In this document: positions 62,282-64,000 of the stretch, one piece after another | Layout: each line of letters opens with the position of its first letter | How positions within the stretch are numbered: position 1 is the stretch's first letter | Origin: Marsupella aquatica | Taxonomy: Eukaryota > Plantae > Marchantiophyta | Direction of reading: 5' to 3' | Assembly (NCBI GenBank): GCA_973895155.1 | Contig: OZ316893.1 | Coordinates: 6,720,963 to 6,784,962 of the forward strand | Length of the DNA: 64,000 nucleotides | Translations under genes and position numbers: made by a program | Notes under the pieces: model-generated | The model's input: only the letters and a program-made list of their open reading frames with translations | What the model was told of the DNA's origin: nothing | Database searches by the model: none

Positions 62282-64000
62282 ATGACTGACCTTACGCCGA
62301 GGGAAGAAAGAGTGATTCAACGGGAGAGAGCTCGACTGCAGCAGCTCGCCGGGTGGCATGATACACAGCGACTGAGAGGGGCAGAAAGAGCTGGTAGCTC
62401 CGAAACTGGAAGTGGCATCGAAGAAGACATACCAGAAGAAGAGTCGGTAAGGAGAAGTGAGTCTCCAACCGACATGGGGGAACCAGAGGCACGGCCAGAC
62501 GAGAGGCCAGGGACCAGATTGAGCCAGCGGTCGCGCATACATTACAAGGCATTTCATGGGAGAGGAGATGAGGATCCGGACGAATGGTTGGATGATTTCG
62601 AGGGAACCGCTGCAGCAAATGGAGAATCGGCCATCAAGATGCAGATTCTTCCCGGCCTGTTCAAGGGTGAGGCTAGGCCTTGGTACAGAGCATTAGATGT
62701 GGAAGATCAAGCCATCTGGGATATCTTCAAAACACTCTTTGTTAAGGAGTTTCGACCCATTGGAACTTCAGAACTAGCAGTGCTGAAGTTGGGACAACTT
62801 CGGTTCAAGGAGAACAAATCCTTCAGGAAGTTCTTGCAACGCTTTCAGAAACTGGTAAGACGTACAAAGACCAATGCATCTGAAGGTATGCAACTTCAAT
62901 GGTTGGTGAATGCTTTGCCACAGAAGATGAGTTTTGCAATTAGGAAGGAGAACCCGGAGACTTTAGCCGAAGCAATTAAGGATATTCAATTATACATTAA
63001 TGCAGATATCACAAGCCGGAAGAAACAGCTTAAGTCTGAGAGTTCCTCATCAGAGGAGGGATCACCCCATAAGAAAAAAGATAAGAAGAAGAAACATTCC
63101 AAGAAGTCTAGAAGTGATAAGTCAAGCTCGGATAGTGGGAGTAGCAAGAGTGAGTCATCTTCTAGTTCTGAAGAAGAAAAAACTAGGAAAAGGAAGGGCA
63201 GAAGGAGAGGGAAGACGAAAGTCAAGATGGAGGCTAAGCCACCAGATAACATCGTAGCCCTTACCGAGCAACTTAAGGCTATCATTGCAGAGGTAAAACC
63301 AAAGAAGAAGGTAGTACAGGAGGATAGCTCTGTATGGTGTGCCTTATGTTATAAAACCGGACACCATAAAGATGCGTGTCCTAAGCTTAATACTAATCAT
63401 GTTCGGCATGTGGCCGAGATCAGACCATGTCAGGGAGAAGTAGAGTACTTTTTGGGAGATGCCGCTGATAGTGTTTTCGGCATCAGTGAGACTGGAGCAC
63501 GAGACCTATCCAACAGACCTGCATCTCTGTGGTCAGGGTTAAGGAACAATCCAGGAGAGATGTATCCTCGGATTATTCAGAACCCGTCAGTACCTCCTAG
63601 GCCGAATGTGCAAAGATTTGCGGCGTGCTATAATTGTGGTCAACCTGGCCATTTTGCTAGAGAATGCCCGAATGCACGCAAACAGGGTGATGGACAACCA
63701 GCTTAGCTATGTATGGGATGCCGACAGGAAGGTCATATGCTAGGGCAATGTCCTACTTGGTTGGCAGGCCTGGCCGCAAATCATAAACTTTTGTCGGTCA
63801 AGATCTTACCGCCAGGTACTACCCCCGGAGGAGTTCAAATCAACCACATCGAACTAGGATGGCAAGAGGATGCCGAGGCAGAGTTCGTACCATCTGATGA
63901 TGAGGCCGAAGCCCTATCAACCTTCTCAGAGGAGGATTTAGATCATGATTGCTACCGGGTCTCTACTCGATCTACCAGAAGGAAGGAAAGGTGGGATGGG
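62282..64000 (+). CDS. Family A gag (runs off window; in-frame TAG at 63704)
   Basis: FHGRGDEDPDEWLDDFE...LFKGEARPWY...; CCHC knuckles CALCYKTGHHKDAC and CYNCGQPGHFAREC, plus CMGCRQEGHMLGQC after the TAG. The frame stays open to 64000. Confidence 0.9.

Overview
Eukaryotic land-plant DNA; a bryophyte/liverwort-like source is my inference. The first ~22 kb holds one clear host gene (a DUF688-motif protein, 7876-11448), two MITE-like elements and small tandem repeats. From ~23.9 kb to the end is a deeply nested transposon island with three unusual elements. (1) A Ty3/gypsy family ('family A') whose ~4.6-kb LTR itself contains a ~1200-codon ORF. Four LTR copies are present, plus RT-RNaseH-integrase, a PPT, a tRNA-Asn PBS and gag. 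(2) A second gypsy-like element ('element B') whose single-frame polyprotein reads Gag-protease-DNMT3-like cytosine methyltransferase-RT. (3) A 19.7-kb CACTA transposon inserted into element B, with TIRs and an ATT target duplication. Besides TnpD/TnpA it carries intact ORFs for an EDM2-like PHD module, a tandem-BRCT protein and a Cys-rich protein, plus a captured RPL18A exon. All family assignments come from motif recognition by eye; no searches were run.
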